Below are positions 39,813 through 50,116 of a DNA stretch of 64,000 nt, piece by piece. The notes below the pieces were generated by a model. That model worked only from the letters and a program-made list of their open reading frames with translations. It was not told where the DNA came from and did no database searches. A program made the position numbers and the translations under genes. The stretch lies in contig JAJRWI010000033.1 in the NCBI GenBank assembly GCA_024276825.1, positions 90,614 to 154,613 of the forward strand, given 5' to 3'. Position 1 is the stretch's first letter. Each line of letters begins with the position of its first letter. This DNA is from an archaeon. Lineage in GTDB: Archaea; Asgardarchaeota; Thorarchaeia; Thorarchaeales; Thorarchaeaceae.

Positions 39813-40595
39813 TTAGAAACTCTTTTTCAGAGACATGATTGCAGCCCCTAAAGCGCCAGTCAACTGAGGTATCTTGGGCACCCACAATTCAACTTCGAGT
39901 TGCTTCGAGAGATAATGCCGAAAGGCTGGGTTTTTTGCAACTCCTCCAGTTATCGCAACGGGCTCAACCACGCCAACTCTTCGAGAGAGTGTACTGATCT
40001 TTGATGCCATCGCTTTGTGAATCCCTGCTGCTATGTCTTGTGGTTTCTCTCCAGAACCAATCCTTCCAATGACCTCGCTCTCAGCGAATACTGTGCATGT
40101 ACTGCTGATTGAACAGGGTTTGCTTGATTCAAGAGCAAGAGGACCGAGATTCTCAATCGATACTCCAAGCACCCGTGCCATGACCTCAAGGAAGCGTCCT
40201 GTACCTGCACTGCATTTGTCGTTGAGTTCAAAGTCAATAGGTTTTCCATTGTCGCCAATCCTGATGACCTTCGAGTCCTGTCCTCCCACATCAATGAGAA
40301 GATTGATCTCAGGGTTGAGATGATGAACACCAATGCTGTGACAGGTGATCTCGGTGACTGCTCTATGCGCAGAATCAACCATTGCTCGTCCATATCCCGT
40401 GCTGACAACTGGTACTCTCTCTAGATCAGTACCACTCTTCTCACGAAGTGTCGCAATTACCTCTTGCACAGCGGCTGAAACTGAAGCGCCCGTCTGACGC
40501 AAATAAGATGCAACGACCTCTCCATTCTGATTGATAATGACTCCCTTTGTTGTAGTTGAACCGACATCCAGTCCAATCCCATATTCTTTAGTCAT
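39813..40595 (-). CDS. 2-hydroxyacyl-CoA dehydratase activator (HgdC/BadFG-type ASKHA ATPase)
   Basis: GLDVGSTTTK, TGYGR, DVGGQDSK, NDKCSAGTG, STCTVFAESE. Confidence 0.95.
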   Translation of the reverse strand: MTKEYGIGLDVGSTTTKGVIINQNGEVVASYLRQTGASVSAAVQEVIATLREKSGTDLERVPVVSTGYGRAMVDSAHRAVTEITCHSIGVHHLNPEINLLIDVGGQDSKVIRIGDNGKPIDFELNDKCSAGTGRFLEVMARVLGVSIENLGPLALESSKPCSISSTCTVFAESEVIGRIGSGEKPQDIAAGIHKAMASKISTLSRRVGVVEPVAITGGVAKNPAFRHYLSKQLEVELWVPKIPQLTGALGAAIMSLKKSF

Positions 40596-40605
40596 TGAAT
40601 CCCCT

Positions 40606-41817
40606 TCAGACTATCATCTCTAACAATGCGTCAATGCGGGTCTGGACCTGTGCCTCATTGAAGAGACGACTGTCTACCATGTCCCCTTCTATTATCACTC
40701 CAGGGACTCCAGTACGTTCCATCACAATCTCCTTGGAAACCATCTGCCCCAACGAGTATCTCTTGCATGACCTCACAGAGAAGAGAACAAAGCCATCAAG
40801 GTCATAGTCCATGATTAGTTCGCACATCTTGTCTATTTTAGCATCAATACCCTTATTGAGATACACGTTTGAGTAGAGTGAAACAATCGCATTCAAGATG
40901 TCCGGGCTATCAAATGATCCCGACCATGCATGTGTATATGTATCTGCAGGAAACACAACACCCCTCTTGGCTAGACTGTTGAAGAACCTGAATATATTGA
41001 ACCACGGCGGAATGTTGTCCCAGAGAAGTCGGACTTTTTCATCCATGATGGCTCCTAGACCATTGGACACACGCTCTCTGACCTCTTTTAATAATGTTTC
41101 ATAATATTCAAGAATATATTCTGTGCCCCTCTGCGAAACCACAGGGGCCATTGCTAGAAACCTATCAGCACAGTTCAAAGGCGATGGTTTTGCCTTGCAT
41201 GACTGGAGGATCTCGGTCCATAGAGCAATTGCTCGTGTGGAGTTGTCTGCGACTTCTCTCAAGCGATCATCTTGGAGTTCTACATCAAAGTGATCTGATA
41301 TGAATGTGATAAGCCTCTCAAGTCCAGCCTTGACATACTCTTTGTGATGATCTCCCTGAACATCATCAATTGGTGGCGTGTCCAATAGGAAAACAGGTGC
41401 ACCAGTGAGCTGAGATACAGCATCGTACCATTTCATAACAGTCCCACAGATGTTGTTCCCTGCCAATAATGCCTGAGGCTTCGGAAGCCCTTCCAGAGGA
41501 CTCTCTTCAGGTTTCAACACCGAGCCAATACTAGACCTTGCATAGGAGCAGAGCTCCGGTGAATAACCGATATTCTCAGCAAATGCACAGACTTGGGGCC
41601 CCATCTTCTGTGACCCCACCACTGCACCATATTGTTCTGGATAGACAACTCCAAGACTCATTGCTAGGGGGATCTCCACAGGGAATCCAGATGTCAGCCA
41701 GGCAAGACGTCCCTCTTCACTTGCTGAATGACCCTCAAGCATGTATCTGAACATTATCTGATTTAGAAGATTATTGGCCTCTAGCAGCCTGTATGCCTTC
41801 TCTTTCTTCTCCGACAT
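40606..41817 (-). CDS. 2-hydroxyacyl-CoA dehydratase subunit (HgdA/B, BcrB-like)
   Basis: YPEQY, ELCSYAR, NICGT, RSCK, EGDMVD, TRIDALLE. Confidence 0.9.
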   Translation of the reverse strand: MSEKKEKAYRLLEANNLLNQIMFRYMLEGHSASEEGRLAWLTSGFPVEIPLAMSLGVVYPEQYGAVVGSQKMGPQVCAFAENIGYSPELCSYARSSIGSVLKPEESPLEGLPKPQALLAGNNICGTVMKWYDAVSQLTGAPVFLLDTPPIDDVQGDHHKEYVKAGLERLITFISDHFDVELQDDRLREVADNSTRAIALWTEILQSCKAKPSPLNCADRFLAMAPVVSQRGTEYILEYYETLLKEVRERVSNGLGAIMDEKVRLLWDNIPPWFNIFRFFNSLAKRGVVFPADTYTHAWSGSFDSPDILNAIVSLYSNVYLNKGIDAKIDKMCELIMDYDLDGFVLFSVRSCKRYSLGQMVSKEIVMERTGVPGVIIEGDMVDSRLFNEAQVQTRIDALLEMIV

Positions 41818-43007
41818 CAGACCAACTCCAGTAGATTTTCCAAAAAGCTCTGCAATCGCAATTTGACTCGTTCCTGATCGGACAATTCGGGATCAATTGG
41901 TAATCGCACGACTGGAATACTCTCCTCCTTTGCTACTCTTTCAAGAGATGGTGCCTCGAACTCATCAGGATCGCAGAATGACTGCTCGAGAATAATGAGT
42001 CCCTCTATTTTGAGATTAACCAGAGTTTCCCTCAAGAATATCAGACGATTTGTGAGTCCTTCCTGTGTTGGTTCCTTTGGTGTTGAAAGTATATTTTTAG
42101 CCATTTCAACAAACGGGTCACTGTCAAATTGAATTTGAGGTGAGAACACGCACTTGAATCCAAATGAAAGCAGATCAATGACTAATGAGAACCTCTCTCC
42201 CTCTCCCAGTTCGTGCAAAACCTGTGAAATGAGCTGTGGGTCCGTCATACCTCCCACCATGGCAATCCGTGGATGATCTCTCTCCACATCAAACTCACGT
42301 TCAACTCTCATTCTCTGCATCATTTGTTTCAATTCTCTGAAATCATTGATGATATCTGTGGATAATGGCCCTAATGATCCTGCTATATGCCTGTTAATCT
42401 CATCAAGACTCTCTCTGGTTGGCTCTGTCAAAAATTGTCTTGTAAGTTCCATGAGTTGATGATATGTGATGATGCTTGGCATAATTACCCTGGCTGAATA
42501 AATCATCTGAAGACTCTCTCTGAATCCATTGATCATCTCAACAGCTGCTTTGAAACTCTCATTGGAGAATGGAACTCCAAACTCTCTTTCAATCCTATCA
42601 CTGAGTATTTTTAGTTCTTCAGCCAAGAACTTGACAGAAGCCTTGCCATAATCACTAACGGGGTAGGTGACCTTGAATACCACATCCTCTGGGAACCTGT
42701 ATCGCCATATATCGCCTGCATTTTGAAGAGAATCACAAGTATTGCTGGGAAAGACAAGGCCTGATAGAGATGACAACTCTCCCCTGACTCTTCGACTGAA
42801 CAGGTTTCTCACATATCCACAGGCAAAGGTCTGCAGGCTATTCTCGAAAGCACCTTGAGTTTCAGGATTGGTACTGATAAGAGAGGGGACAAGTCCATGA
42901 GCAAGAACAAGCTCTACGGGAAAATGGGGGTAGATATATCCAATTACTCTTTTCTTCTCTTCAGAACTCTCTTGAATGCCCGCAGAAGCACTGCTCGTTC
43001 TCACCAA
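41817..43007 (-). CDS. 2-hydroxyacyl-CoA dehydratase subunit (BcrC-like)
   Basis: PVELVLAHG, FACGYV, NTCDSLQ, FCDP, RLQSFLE. Confidence 0.87.
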   Translation of the reverse strand: MVRTSSASAGIQESSEEKKRVIGYIYPHFPVELVLAHGLVPSLISTNPETQGAFENSLQTFACGYVRNLFSRRVRGELSSLSGLVFPSNTCDSLQNAGDIWRYRFPEDVVFKVTYPVSDYGKASVKFLAEELKILSDRIEREFGVPFSNESFKAAVEMINGFRESLQMIYSARVIMPSIITYHQLMELTRQFLTEPTRESLDEINRHIAGSLGPLSTDIINDFRELKQMMQRMRVEREFDVERDHPRIAMVGGMTDPQLISQVLHELGEGERFSLVIDLLSFGFKCVFSPQIQFDSDPFVEMAKNILSTPKEPTQEGLTNRLIFLRETLVNLKIEGLIILEQSFCDPDEFEAPSLERVAKEESIPVVRLPIDPELSDQERVKLRLQSFLENLLELV

Positions 43008-43168
43008 AGCTTCACTCCTTATGCTATTGACGTTACAACTCCCTAAACTTATTCCTTATGCATAACAATAAATTGAAAAAATTAAATCATTTTGGCATCG
43101 CAATCAATACATGCCATAAACCTCAATAAATCGGCAGTGAACAACTCCATTACAGATTATAGGGGGAC

Positions 43169-43495
43169 ATGAACATGAATAACCCAATTGACGAAATCAT
43201 CAGGACCTGCAAGCAACTCATTAGGGAGATTGAGGCTGGAACACGTTGTGCCAATCTTGCTCTCATTCAACAGCAGTTTAGCAAGGCAGTCGAGTTCGCA
43301 ATGAGCGAATACAAGGCCGGGAGAATCAAAGTCAGTCTTGAGGCCCTTCCTGAGGTGATGTATATCTTTGCAACTAAAGACCTGCCAAAACTATGTGCTG
43401 GTGATGAGGTTTCCATTAAGAGGGCATACTCTCAACTCAAACTCTTCCTAAATACAATGGAGCAAATCCTCAAACCGCAAATGGTTGATGAGTGA
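43169..43495 (+). CDS. Hypothetical helical protein
   Basis: 108-aa ORF with SD-like GGGGG; no recognised motif. Confidence 0.6.
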   Translation: MNMNNPIDEIIRTCKQLIREIEAGTRCANLALIQQQFSKAVEFAMSEYKAGRIKVSLEALPEVMYIFATKDLPKLCAGDEVSIKRAYSQLKLFLNTMEQILKPQMVDE

Positions 43496-43500
43496 ATGAA

Positions 43501-43743
43501 CTATTCACTCTCAAATACAACTCGAAGAATGGATTCTACTTTACCAATTGGCTTGTCTGTCACTATATTACCATTATTATCAATCAAGATCCAATTAGAT
43601 TTATGTGATTGTGATGTGAATGGCCAGTCATCTTCAATTACTTCTCGTAGAGTCTGGTTTCTCTCCCCTTGTATGATATACTCCTCATGAGTTTGTTTGT
43701 TCACGATTGCTCTACTGACAATCTCCCCCGATTTTACTCCCAA
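43501..43743 (-). CDS. Hypothetical 80-aa alpha/beta protein
   Basis: TTG start abuts the upstream TAA. Confidence 0.55.
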   Translation of the reverse strand: MGVKSGEIVSRAIVNKQTHEEYIIQGERNQTLREVIEDDWPFTSQSHKSNWILIDNNGNIVTDKPIGKVESILRVVFESE

Positions 43744-43984
43744 TTACCCTGGCTTGCCCAAAGGTGTAATAGCTGAGGTCTCTTGCCATAGAGAACATCC
43801 CACCATCGAACAAAGAACCGACATTAAAACAAGACCTGCAGGTACAATCATTAATGGCAAAAATGGAAGGTATCCATAGCAATTTAGAAATGCAATAAGA
43901 ATAGTAAAAATGAAAACAATGAGTCCTGATACAACAAGATTATTGCAAACTGTCTGGAGTATCCCTCCCTCTCAATGATATCAT
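43744..43984 (-). pseudogene. Small 2-TM protein with an apparent one-base insertion near 43963 (not in ORF track)
   Basis: ATG ATA TCA TTG AGA GGG AGG [G] ATA CTC... gives MISLRGR-ILQTVCNNLVVSGLIVFIFTILIAFL...WQETSAITPLGKPG*. Confidence 0.5.
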
Positions 43985-44099
43985 TTTACTATAATAATCA
44001 ACTCAATAATAGTTTTCCCTCGTAAATTTAGTCTCCCTAAAGAAATATGAGTGATGATTGCATAATAAAACAGAGGATTATTTGAGAGATGTGATATCG

Positions 44100-45857
44100 A
44101 TGGAAGAACTATACTGGCAAAATGGCCCGAAATGGCCAAAGCATGTCACCAAGACATTGGAATACCCTGAAGAACCGCTCTTCACAATGCTTGACAGGGC
44201 GGCAGAGAAAAGTCCTGACCTTCCCTATGCGACCTTTATGGGAAAGTCCAAAACATTTGCTGAAGTACGTGAAGATGCTGATCGAATCGCAAATTTTCTA
44301 GTCAGTCAAGGAATCAAACAAGGAGATCGTGTAGCAATATTTCTTCCCAATGTACCGCACTATCCCCCTGTTTTCTTTGGTTCATTAAAGGCTGGGGCAA
44401 AGGTAGTCACCTGTAACCCACTATATAAGGCACGTGAACTCAACTATCAATTGAAAGACACAGGGGCCAAGTTGGTCTTTGTTCTTGATCACCCCACATT
44501 CACTCCGACTTGCTATGAAGCAATAAAGGACACTGATGTGACGCAGGTTGTTGTGTGCGGGATCGGCTCATTCATTCCGAAGGTCAAAGCAGTACTTGGA
44601 TCACTGCTTGGAAAGCTTCCCAAGAGTCCCCATTATGAGATGGACAAGACAATCTTCTATGATGACATAATCAAACAGTATGATCCCAAACCCCCAAAGC
44701 TGGAAGTGGACCCCCACGATACGGCAATACTGATCTATACTGGCGGAACCACTGGTGTTCCCAAAGGTGCCGAGCTCACCCATATGAACCTGATATCAAA
44801 TATAATTCAGATTTCTGAATGGGTGTCACTTAATGAAGAGGATGTTGATGAGCCCGGTCCTATCAGATATGGCAAAGAAGTGTTTGTTGGCGCTCTGCCA
44901 TGGTATCACTCGTATGGACTGACTCTGACTATGCTGCTATCCACCTGGTTTGCTGGGAAGCTAGTCTGCATACCCGATCCAAGAGCTGGAAAACCTCCTC
45001 TCTCTGACCTTCTACATAACCTCGAAAAATACAGAGGTACCATTCTAAACTGTGTTCCCGCTCTATATGCCGCAATCGTCAATCATCCACATATCAACAA
45101 ATATGATCTGACTTCAATCAAGATTTGCAGCTCGGGTGCTGCACCTCTGCCTCCAGAACTTGCAAAGAGCTTCGAGGAGGTAACAGGCGCCTTGTTGTTT
45201 GAAGGATACGGTCTTACAGAAACCTCGCCAGTGACCCACATAAATCCGACAAACAAACGTGACCGTAAATTCGGCTCAATTGGTATTCCAATATCCGATA
45301 CAATCTGCAAGATTGTGGACCCTGAAACTGGCACGAAAGAGTTACCTCTTGGTGAGAAGGGTGAGATTGCGATTCATGGACCACAGGTGATGAAGGGTTA
45401 TTGGAATCGTCCTGAAGAAACTGCAAATGTGATGCGTGAATTCAATGGTAAACGCTTCTTCCTCACTGGCGACATTGGCTATATGGACGAATTTGGCTAT
45501 ACATACATTAGCGACAGAAAGAAACAGATGATCAACGTTGGAGGTCTAAAGGCCTATCCGCGAGAAATCGAAGATGTTCTCTTTGAGCATCCAAAGATCA
45601 AAATGGCTGCAGTCATTGGGGTTCCACGTGACAACGACCCTAGCAATGAGTTCGTCAAGGCATTCATTGTTCTGAAAGATGGTGTTGAGGCAACCCCCGA
45701 AGAGTTCATCGAATGGGCGAGAGAGCGAATGGCTGGATACAAGAGACCTCGTGAGGTCGAGATTGTGGACGAGTTGCCAATGAGTGCAGTGGGCAAGGTT
45801 TTGAGGCGAGTGCTTCGTGAGAAGGAGCTAAAGGCAAGAGGTTTCGAGTCTGACTAA
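44100..45857 (+). CDS. Long-chain acyl-CoA synthetase (AMP-forming)
   Basis: YTGGTTGVPKG, EGYGLTE, TGDIG, AVGKVLRR. Confidence 0.95.
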   Translation: MEELYWQNGPKWPKHVTKTLEYPEEPLFTMLDRAAEKSPDLPYATFMGKSKTFAEVREDADRIANFLVSQGIKQGDRVAIFLPNVPHYPPVFFGSLKAGAKVVTCNPLYKARELNYQLKDTGAKLVFVLDHPTFTPTCYEAIKDTDVTQVVVCGIGSFIPKVKAVLGSLLGKLPKSPHYEMDKTIFYDDIIKQYDPKPPKLEVDPHDTAILIYTGGTTGVPKGAELTHMNLISNIIQISEWVSLNEEDVDEPGPIRYGKEVFVGALPWYHSYGLTLTMLLSTWFAGKLVCIPDPRAGKPPLSDLLHNLEKYRGTILNCVPALYAAIVNHPHINKYDLTSIKICSSGAAPLPPELAKSFEEVTGALLFEGYGLTETSPVTHINPTNKRDRKFGSIGIPISDTICKIVDPETGTKELPLGEKGEIAIHGPQVMKGYWNRPEETANVMREFNGKRFFLTGDIGYMDEFGYTYISDRKKQMINVGGLKAYPREIEDVLFEHPKIKMAAVIGVPRDNDPSNEFVKAFIVLKDGVEATPEEFIEWARERMAGYKRPREVEIVDELPMSAVGKVLRRVLREKELKARGFESD

Positions 45858-45943
45858 CCAGCATCCAGAAACATCTGACTTGATAATCGCCTGTCTCAAA
45901 AGGCTTAATTCAGAAAAGTCCTCTCCTCAGTTGGAGATAGGAA

Positions 45944-46372
45944 ATGCGCATAGAAGCACTGAGAAAAGCACTTGAGGACCTTGAAATCGAATTTCTGATG
46001 GTCGCCATGGACACAATGCCCATCGAGTTCACTATAATTGATGGTGATGATAATGTGCGATTCTGGAATAAGCACGGAATTCGCGTCTTTAAGAGAGGTC
46101 CTGCAGTCATTGGGAGAAATGTAAGAATGTGCCACCCACAAAGCACTCTGGACAGCGTAGAGAAAGTCCTGAAATATCTGAAGAGCGGTGAGCGCGATCA
46201 TCTCGACTTCTGGATTGACAAGCAAGTGGGTGATGATACAAGGAAACTGTTCATCAGGTACGCAGCGATCAGGGACGATAAGGGCAACTATCTTGGCACG
46301 CTTGAAACTACAATAGACATCACACAATTTCAAGGCATAACTGGTGAGAGGAGAGTTTCAGATATCGAATAG
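45944..46372 (+). CDS. Stand-alone PAS domain protein (PAS_10/DUF438-like)
   Basis: VIGRNVRMCHP, FW, RY.AIRD..G.YLGTLE. Confidence 0.88.
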   Translation: MRIEALRKALEDLEIEFLMVAMDTMPIEFTIIDGDDNVRFWNKHGIRVFKRGPAVIGRNVRMCHPQSTLDSVEKVLKYLKSGERDHLDFWIDKQVGDDTRKLFIRYAAIRDDKGNYLGTLETTIDITQFQGITGERRVSDIE

Positions 46373-46440
46373 GTTTTCAGGCATAACTAATAAAACGAAT
46401 GAAAGCACTTGTGATAACTCAAAGATTAACAGAGGGTTAA

Positions 46441-46833
46441 TTGGTGACCGGACACGAAACAATATTGGTCACTGGGACATGCGGCCATGAGTTTGAAGTC
46501 ACAATTCCGAATGGCAACTCATATTTCCTAACTAGGGACAACCTTAATGAAATTCTATCAGGAAAAATATCATTTACCAGATGCCCAATATGCAACACCG
46601 AGGTCGCGTTCCTTTACGAGTTTGTGATTAACACTTTCTGTGAACGCATTGGTGTATATCCCATTCAATGGAAAGAAGAGATTATGAGCAAGCGACGCAA
46701 CTTTGACACTATAATATTTGAGGAGTTTGGAGGTCCGTTTCTTAATCTGAGGAAACACCTTGAGAATATAGGCGTCCTAGCTGATCATAGATGCCTGTCT
46801 GATGAGTATATGGACCGTCTTGATGAGCAGTAG
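46441..46833 (+). CDS. CpXC-like zinc-ribbon protein
   Basis: CGHEF ... EILSG.....CPIC. Confidence 0.6.
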   Translation: MVTGHETILVTGTCGHEFEVTIPNGNSYFLTRDNLNEILSGKISFTRCPICNTEVAFLYEFVINTFCERIGVYPIQWKEEIMSKRRNFDTIIFEEFGGPFLNLRKHLENIGVLADHRCLSDEYMDRLDEQ

Positions 46834-46836
46834 TAT

Positions 46837-47352
46837 CTACTGATAACACTCTTTATGCCTACGTCCGAGCTCCACGTATAACTCTGCTCCTATGAGGAAT
46901 CCTTCAAGGAGTTCATCTGAAACTTCCCTCTTCACCTTGCCCGGAATACCGAGAACAAGGCTTCTGTCTGGGATTACAGTGTTTTCGGTGACCACTGAGC
47001 CTGCACCAATCACACACTCCTTGCCCACTTTTGCCCCAGTTAAAACAATGGCACCAATGCCAACAACCGACCTGTCCCCAATCTCACAGGCATGAATCAC
47101 GCAATTGTGTCCTGCAGTGACATGATCCCCAATAATTGCGGGATGTGTGAAGGTTGTATGTACTGTAGCATTGTCCTGAATTGATGTCCCCTTTCCAATG
47201 CGAATGTAATTCATGTCTCCTCTCAGCACTGCAAACTCCCAGATTGACGAGTCCTCACCCACCTCTACATCGCCGAGGAGGGAGGCACGTGGTGAAATGT
47301 ATGCATTTGGATGCGCCTTTGGAGTCTTTCCATCAAACTCGTATAATCCCAT
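46837..47352 (-). CDS. Gamma-carbonic anhydrase family (YrdA/PaaY)
   Basis: Hexapeptide repeats, LRGD, IQDN.TVH, GH..VIH.C. Confidence 0.93.
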   Translation of the reverse strand: MGLYEFDGKTPKAHPNAYISPRASLLGDVEVGEDSSIWEFAVLRGDMNYIRIGKGTSIQDNATVHTTFTHPAIIGDHVTAGHNCVIHACEIGDRSVVGIGAIVLTGAKVGKECVIGAGSVVTENTVIPDRSLVLGIPGKVKREVSDELLEGFLIGAELYVELGRRHKECYQ

Positions 47353-47518
47353 ATTGAAACCTCATTTATTTCGCTACTGTCATATCTTTAAGATTATTGA
47401 ATCTGGCCTAAGCACAAACCACTACAGATTTACCTCACCACCTACCAAAACTATCAAAAAGCCCGCTCACAAAAGAATGATATAGACTTTTGTTTAATGA
47501 AACTATGGTGTAATTTGA

Positions 47519-48178
47519 ATGGACCCATTGCTCTTTGCTACTTCTACAGCATCTGCATCGGTTTCATTCATTGTTTCATTTATTTTCTTAAGGGTATACT
47601 TTCAAGAGCACAAGTCAACCCGCCTTCTGTGGGCACTCGCCTACTTTCTCTATGCCTGCGGCCACACGATAGTGTCATTGATTTCACTTGACATAATTGT
47701 TGGTGATGCAGTTTTACTATGGATGTGGATCTATGTGAATCTGGGTGGCAGTGGCACGGTTGGACTCATCCTATTCACCATGTTTCCCTTCTTGACCAAT
47801 CGGCAACATATGCGAGAGGTTATAGTCCTTATTTTTGTCATTCTGTACTCTATCGGAACTGCACTCTATGCCTTTGTTATTCCTGTTGATAGCATATACG
47901 CAATTATAAATCCGTTCGACAAGACACATCTCAATAATATGAGCTGGTGGGTCGTTATTATGGTAATCCCTGCATCTTTCTTAGTCAGCTATATCTTCCT
48001 GAATCATTACAGGGTGACTAGGACGAATTGGGGCCTATTCATTGGGATCTCATTCTTCATGTATGCCTTTATTCTCTTCATCTGGCCAATTCAGGAGTTG
48101 AAGCCTCTGTTTTACATTCTTCGTACTGTTTCGGTAGGACTACTTGGAGTGGGCGGCATACTACTGGCACGCGACTAA
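47519..48178 (+). CDS. Hypothetical ~7-TM membrane protein
   Basis: Seven hydrophobic segments; no retinal-binding Lys motif. Confidence 0.75.
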   Translation: MDPLLFATSTASASVSFIVSFIFLRVYFQEHKSTRLLWALAYFLYACGHTIVSLISLDIIVGDAVLLWMWIYVNLGGSGTVGLILFTMFPFLTNRQHMREVIVLIFVILYSIGTALYAFVIPVDSIYAIINPFDKTHLNNMSWWVVIMVIPASFLVSYIFLNHYRVTRTNWGLFIGISFFMYAFILFIWPIQELKPLFYILRTVSVGLLGVGGILLARD

Positions 48179-49041
48179 TCACTTCGACTGAGATCAGATA
48201 TGCTGGCGCCTCGTTTCTTTACTACAAAGTATATAGAAACAAGACCAAGATATGATAGGTATCCCACAACTTCTAACAATGACGGGTTGCCATTATATCC
48301 AAACAGGCTCTTTGCAAGACCTCCAATCAGTCCATTCTCATGAAGGAGGGGATAACTGCCATCTGGTAGTAATGGTGGATTGATGTTCCATAGCTCCGTT
48401 GTGCCAAACAGAATAACTCCTCCCTCCTGCAACTCATGAATCCCATAAGCCACCATTCCCGCTGCAAAAAAGATTAGGAGGAAACTGGTCCATTTGAAGA
48501 ACGACCCCAATGGCACTCGAAATGTGCCCTTGTATAGCATCACACCAATAATCGATGCAGCAAACACTCCTATTATGAGGCCAATATATGTGATGACTCC
48601 ATCCTGAATCACAAGAACCGCTGTAAAGAATACAAGCTCAACCCCCTCTCTCAGAATCAATGCGAAAACAAGCAAGAACAGACCAAATGCGCTACGCGAA
48701 CTGATATTCTTCTGAACAGAGTCTTCAATCTCACCTGCAATCCTGTTCTTGGAGTTCCACATCCAAAGAATCATAGTGGTCAACATCACTGCTGCCAATA
48801 ACATCAAAGACCCTTCAAAGATAGGAAGAAACTCGCTCTCTAGAGAACCCCATATCGCATTCATCATAGCAGCAAGAATTATACTTGCAATCGCTGCAAA
48901 GACTCCCCCGAGAATTACAAACCTGTTTAACTCCGTTCTGTGAGTCTTTCTTAAGTACACCAGAACAATTGATACTACAAGAGCTATCTCCATTCCTTCC
49001 CGTAATGTGATTATCAGTGATGCAATTACCATCGTTACCAT
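48175..49041 (-). CDS. FTR1/EfeU iron permease
   Basis: Two REGxE motifs (LREGMEI, LREGVEL). Confidence 0.95.
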   Translation of the reverse strand: MVTMVIASLIITLREGMEIALVVSIVLVYLRKTHRTELNRFVILGGVFAAIASIILAAMMNAIWGSLESEFLPIFEGSLMLLAAVMLTTMILWMWNSKNRIAGEIEDSVQKNISSRSAFGLFLLVFALILREGVELVFFTAVLVIQDGVITYIGLIIGVFAASIIGVMLYKGTFRVPLGSFFKWTSFLLIFFAAGMVAYGIHELQEGGVILFGTTELWNINPPLLPDGSYPLLHENGLIGGLAKSLFGYNGNPSLLEVVGYLSYLGLVSIYFVVKKRGASISDLSRSD

Positions 49042-49048
49042 ACAATCC

Positions 49049-49066
49049 TATTAACAATTGTTAATA
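49049..49066. promoter_or_regulatory. Perfect 18-bp palindrome TATTAACAATTGTTAATA upstream of FTR1
   Basis: Exact self-reverse-complement, 7 nt from the ATG. Confidence 0.7.
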
Positions 49067-49100
49067 AACATCATCATATGACTTCTGTTTCATATTAATA

Positions 49101-50027
49101 TTATAGATGCCACTCCTCCAGTGATATCTGCGAGTATGTATCAATTACTGCCCTGTATTTGTAGAGATCTCTCAGAAACTGGTTATATGCGTTAACACTC
49201 TCTGTGCGCACGGTTGCATAAAGACTGTAAACGTCTCCTACTCGATGCAAGTCCCAGACCTCGCTCATTGCACTGATTCTCCTAGCAGCTGATGATATGG
49301 ATCCTGGCTTTGTTCGTATCTGTAGAAAGAACTTGATTGGCAGACCAATTTGTCTGAAACTGATGTCAACCGAATAGCCAACAATCACCCCCATCTGCTC
49401 AAGCTGTCTGATCGCCCTTGAAACTGCAGGTTGTGTGAGCCTTGGTTTCATGGAATCCCCAATTGTCTGTTGTGATGGTGGATATGGGTCTTCTTCTATT
49501 GCTCTCCATCTGGCGATTGTTTTAAGGAGTTCCCAATCTCTTGAAGAAAGAGTCATACTCCCATCATGTTTTATATTCAATACGAATCCGTTTGTCTTGT
49601 ATGTTGAGAGCACCTGTAGCATTTTATACGTCTGTGCTCCAGATTTGGCAACTACTCTGTCAATTTGATCTAAGAACTGATTGAACCTGACAGGTGAACG
49701 GAATCTAAGAAGACCCAGCAATGAATACTCTCCAGAGATGCCATCAAGTGACTCGAGTTCTGCCATCTGTATCAATGCCTGACTCACGCTAATCTCCCTT
49801 GGATTGGTCTTAACAAGTAATATCGTATTTCTCTCTGAATACACCAGAGCAGGGTTGACCACTGTAGTGTAGGCACGAATTATCCCCTGTTTGACCAGTT
49901 TCTTAGTGACATGCGCGACCCAATTACGGCTCTTGCCAATTCTCTTGCCGAGTTCCTCATGACTGGCCCTGGAGTTTTTCAATAACTCTGCTAAAAGATT
50001 CTTTTCAGACTCTTTCATAGATTGCAC
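49101..50027 (-). CDS. Tandem-duplicated Lrp/AsnC regulator
   Basis: Two HTH plus RAM units (NSRAS..ELGK.IG; SQQ..QPAVSRAIRQLE.MGVI.GY). Confidence 0.88.
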   Translation of the reverse strand: MQSMKESEKNLLAELLKNSRASHEELGKRIGKSRNWVAHVTKKLVKQGIIRAYTTVVNPALVYSERNTILLVKTNPREISVSQALIQMAELESLDGISGEYSLLGLLRFRSPVRFNQFLDQIDRVVAKSGAQTYKMLQVLSTYKTNGFVLNIKHDGSMTLSSRDWELLKTIARWRAIEEDPYPPSQQTIGDSMKPRLTQPAVSRAIRQLEQMGVIVGYSVDISFRQIGLPIKFFLQIRTKPGSISSAARRISAMSEVWDLHRVGDVYSLYATVRTESVNAYNQFLRDLYKYRAVIDTYSQISLEEWHL

Positions 50028-50116
50028 AATAATTCTTCAATATCTATGCAATTTATTCATTTTCATTACACAGGATTCATATAATATGCGATGTCCTAAC
50101 TGACCCGTGAGTTACA

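Noticed and set aside
47519-48178. Rhodopsin
   Set aside because: No DxxxK/SxxxK lysine in the last helix
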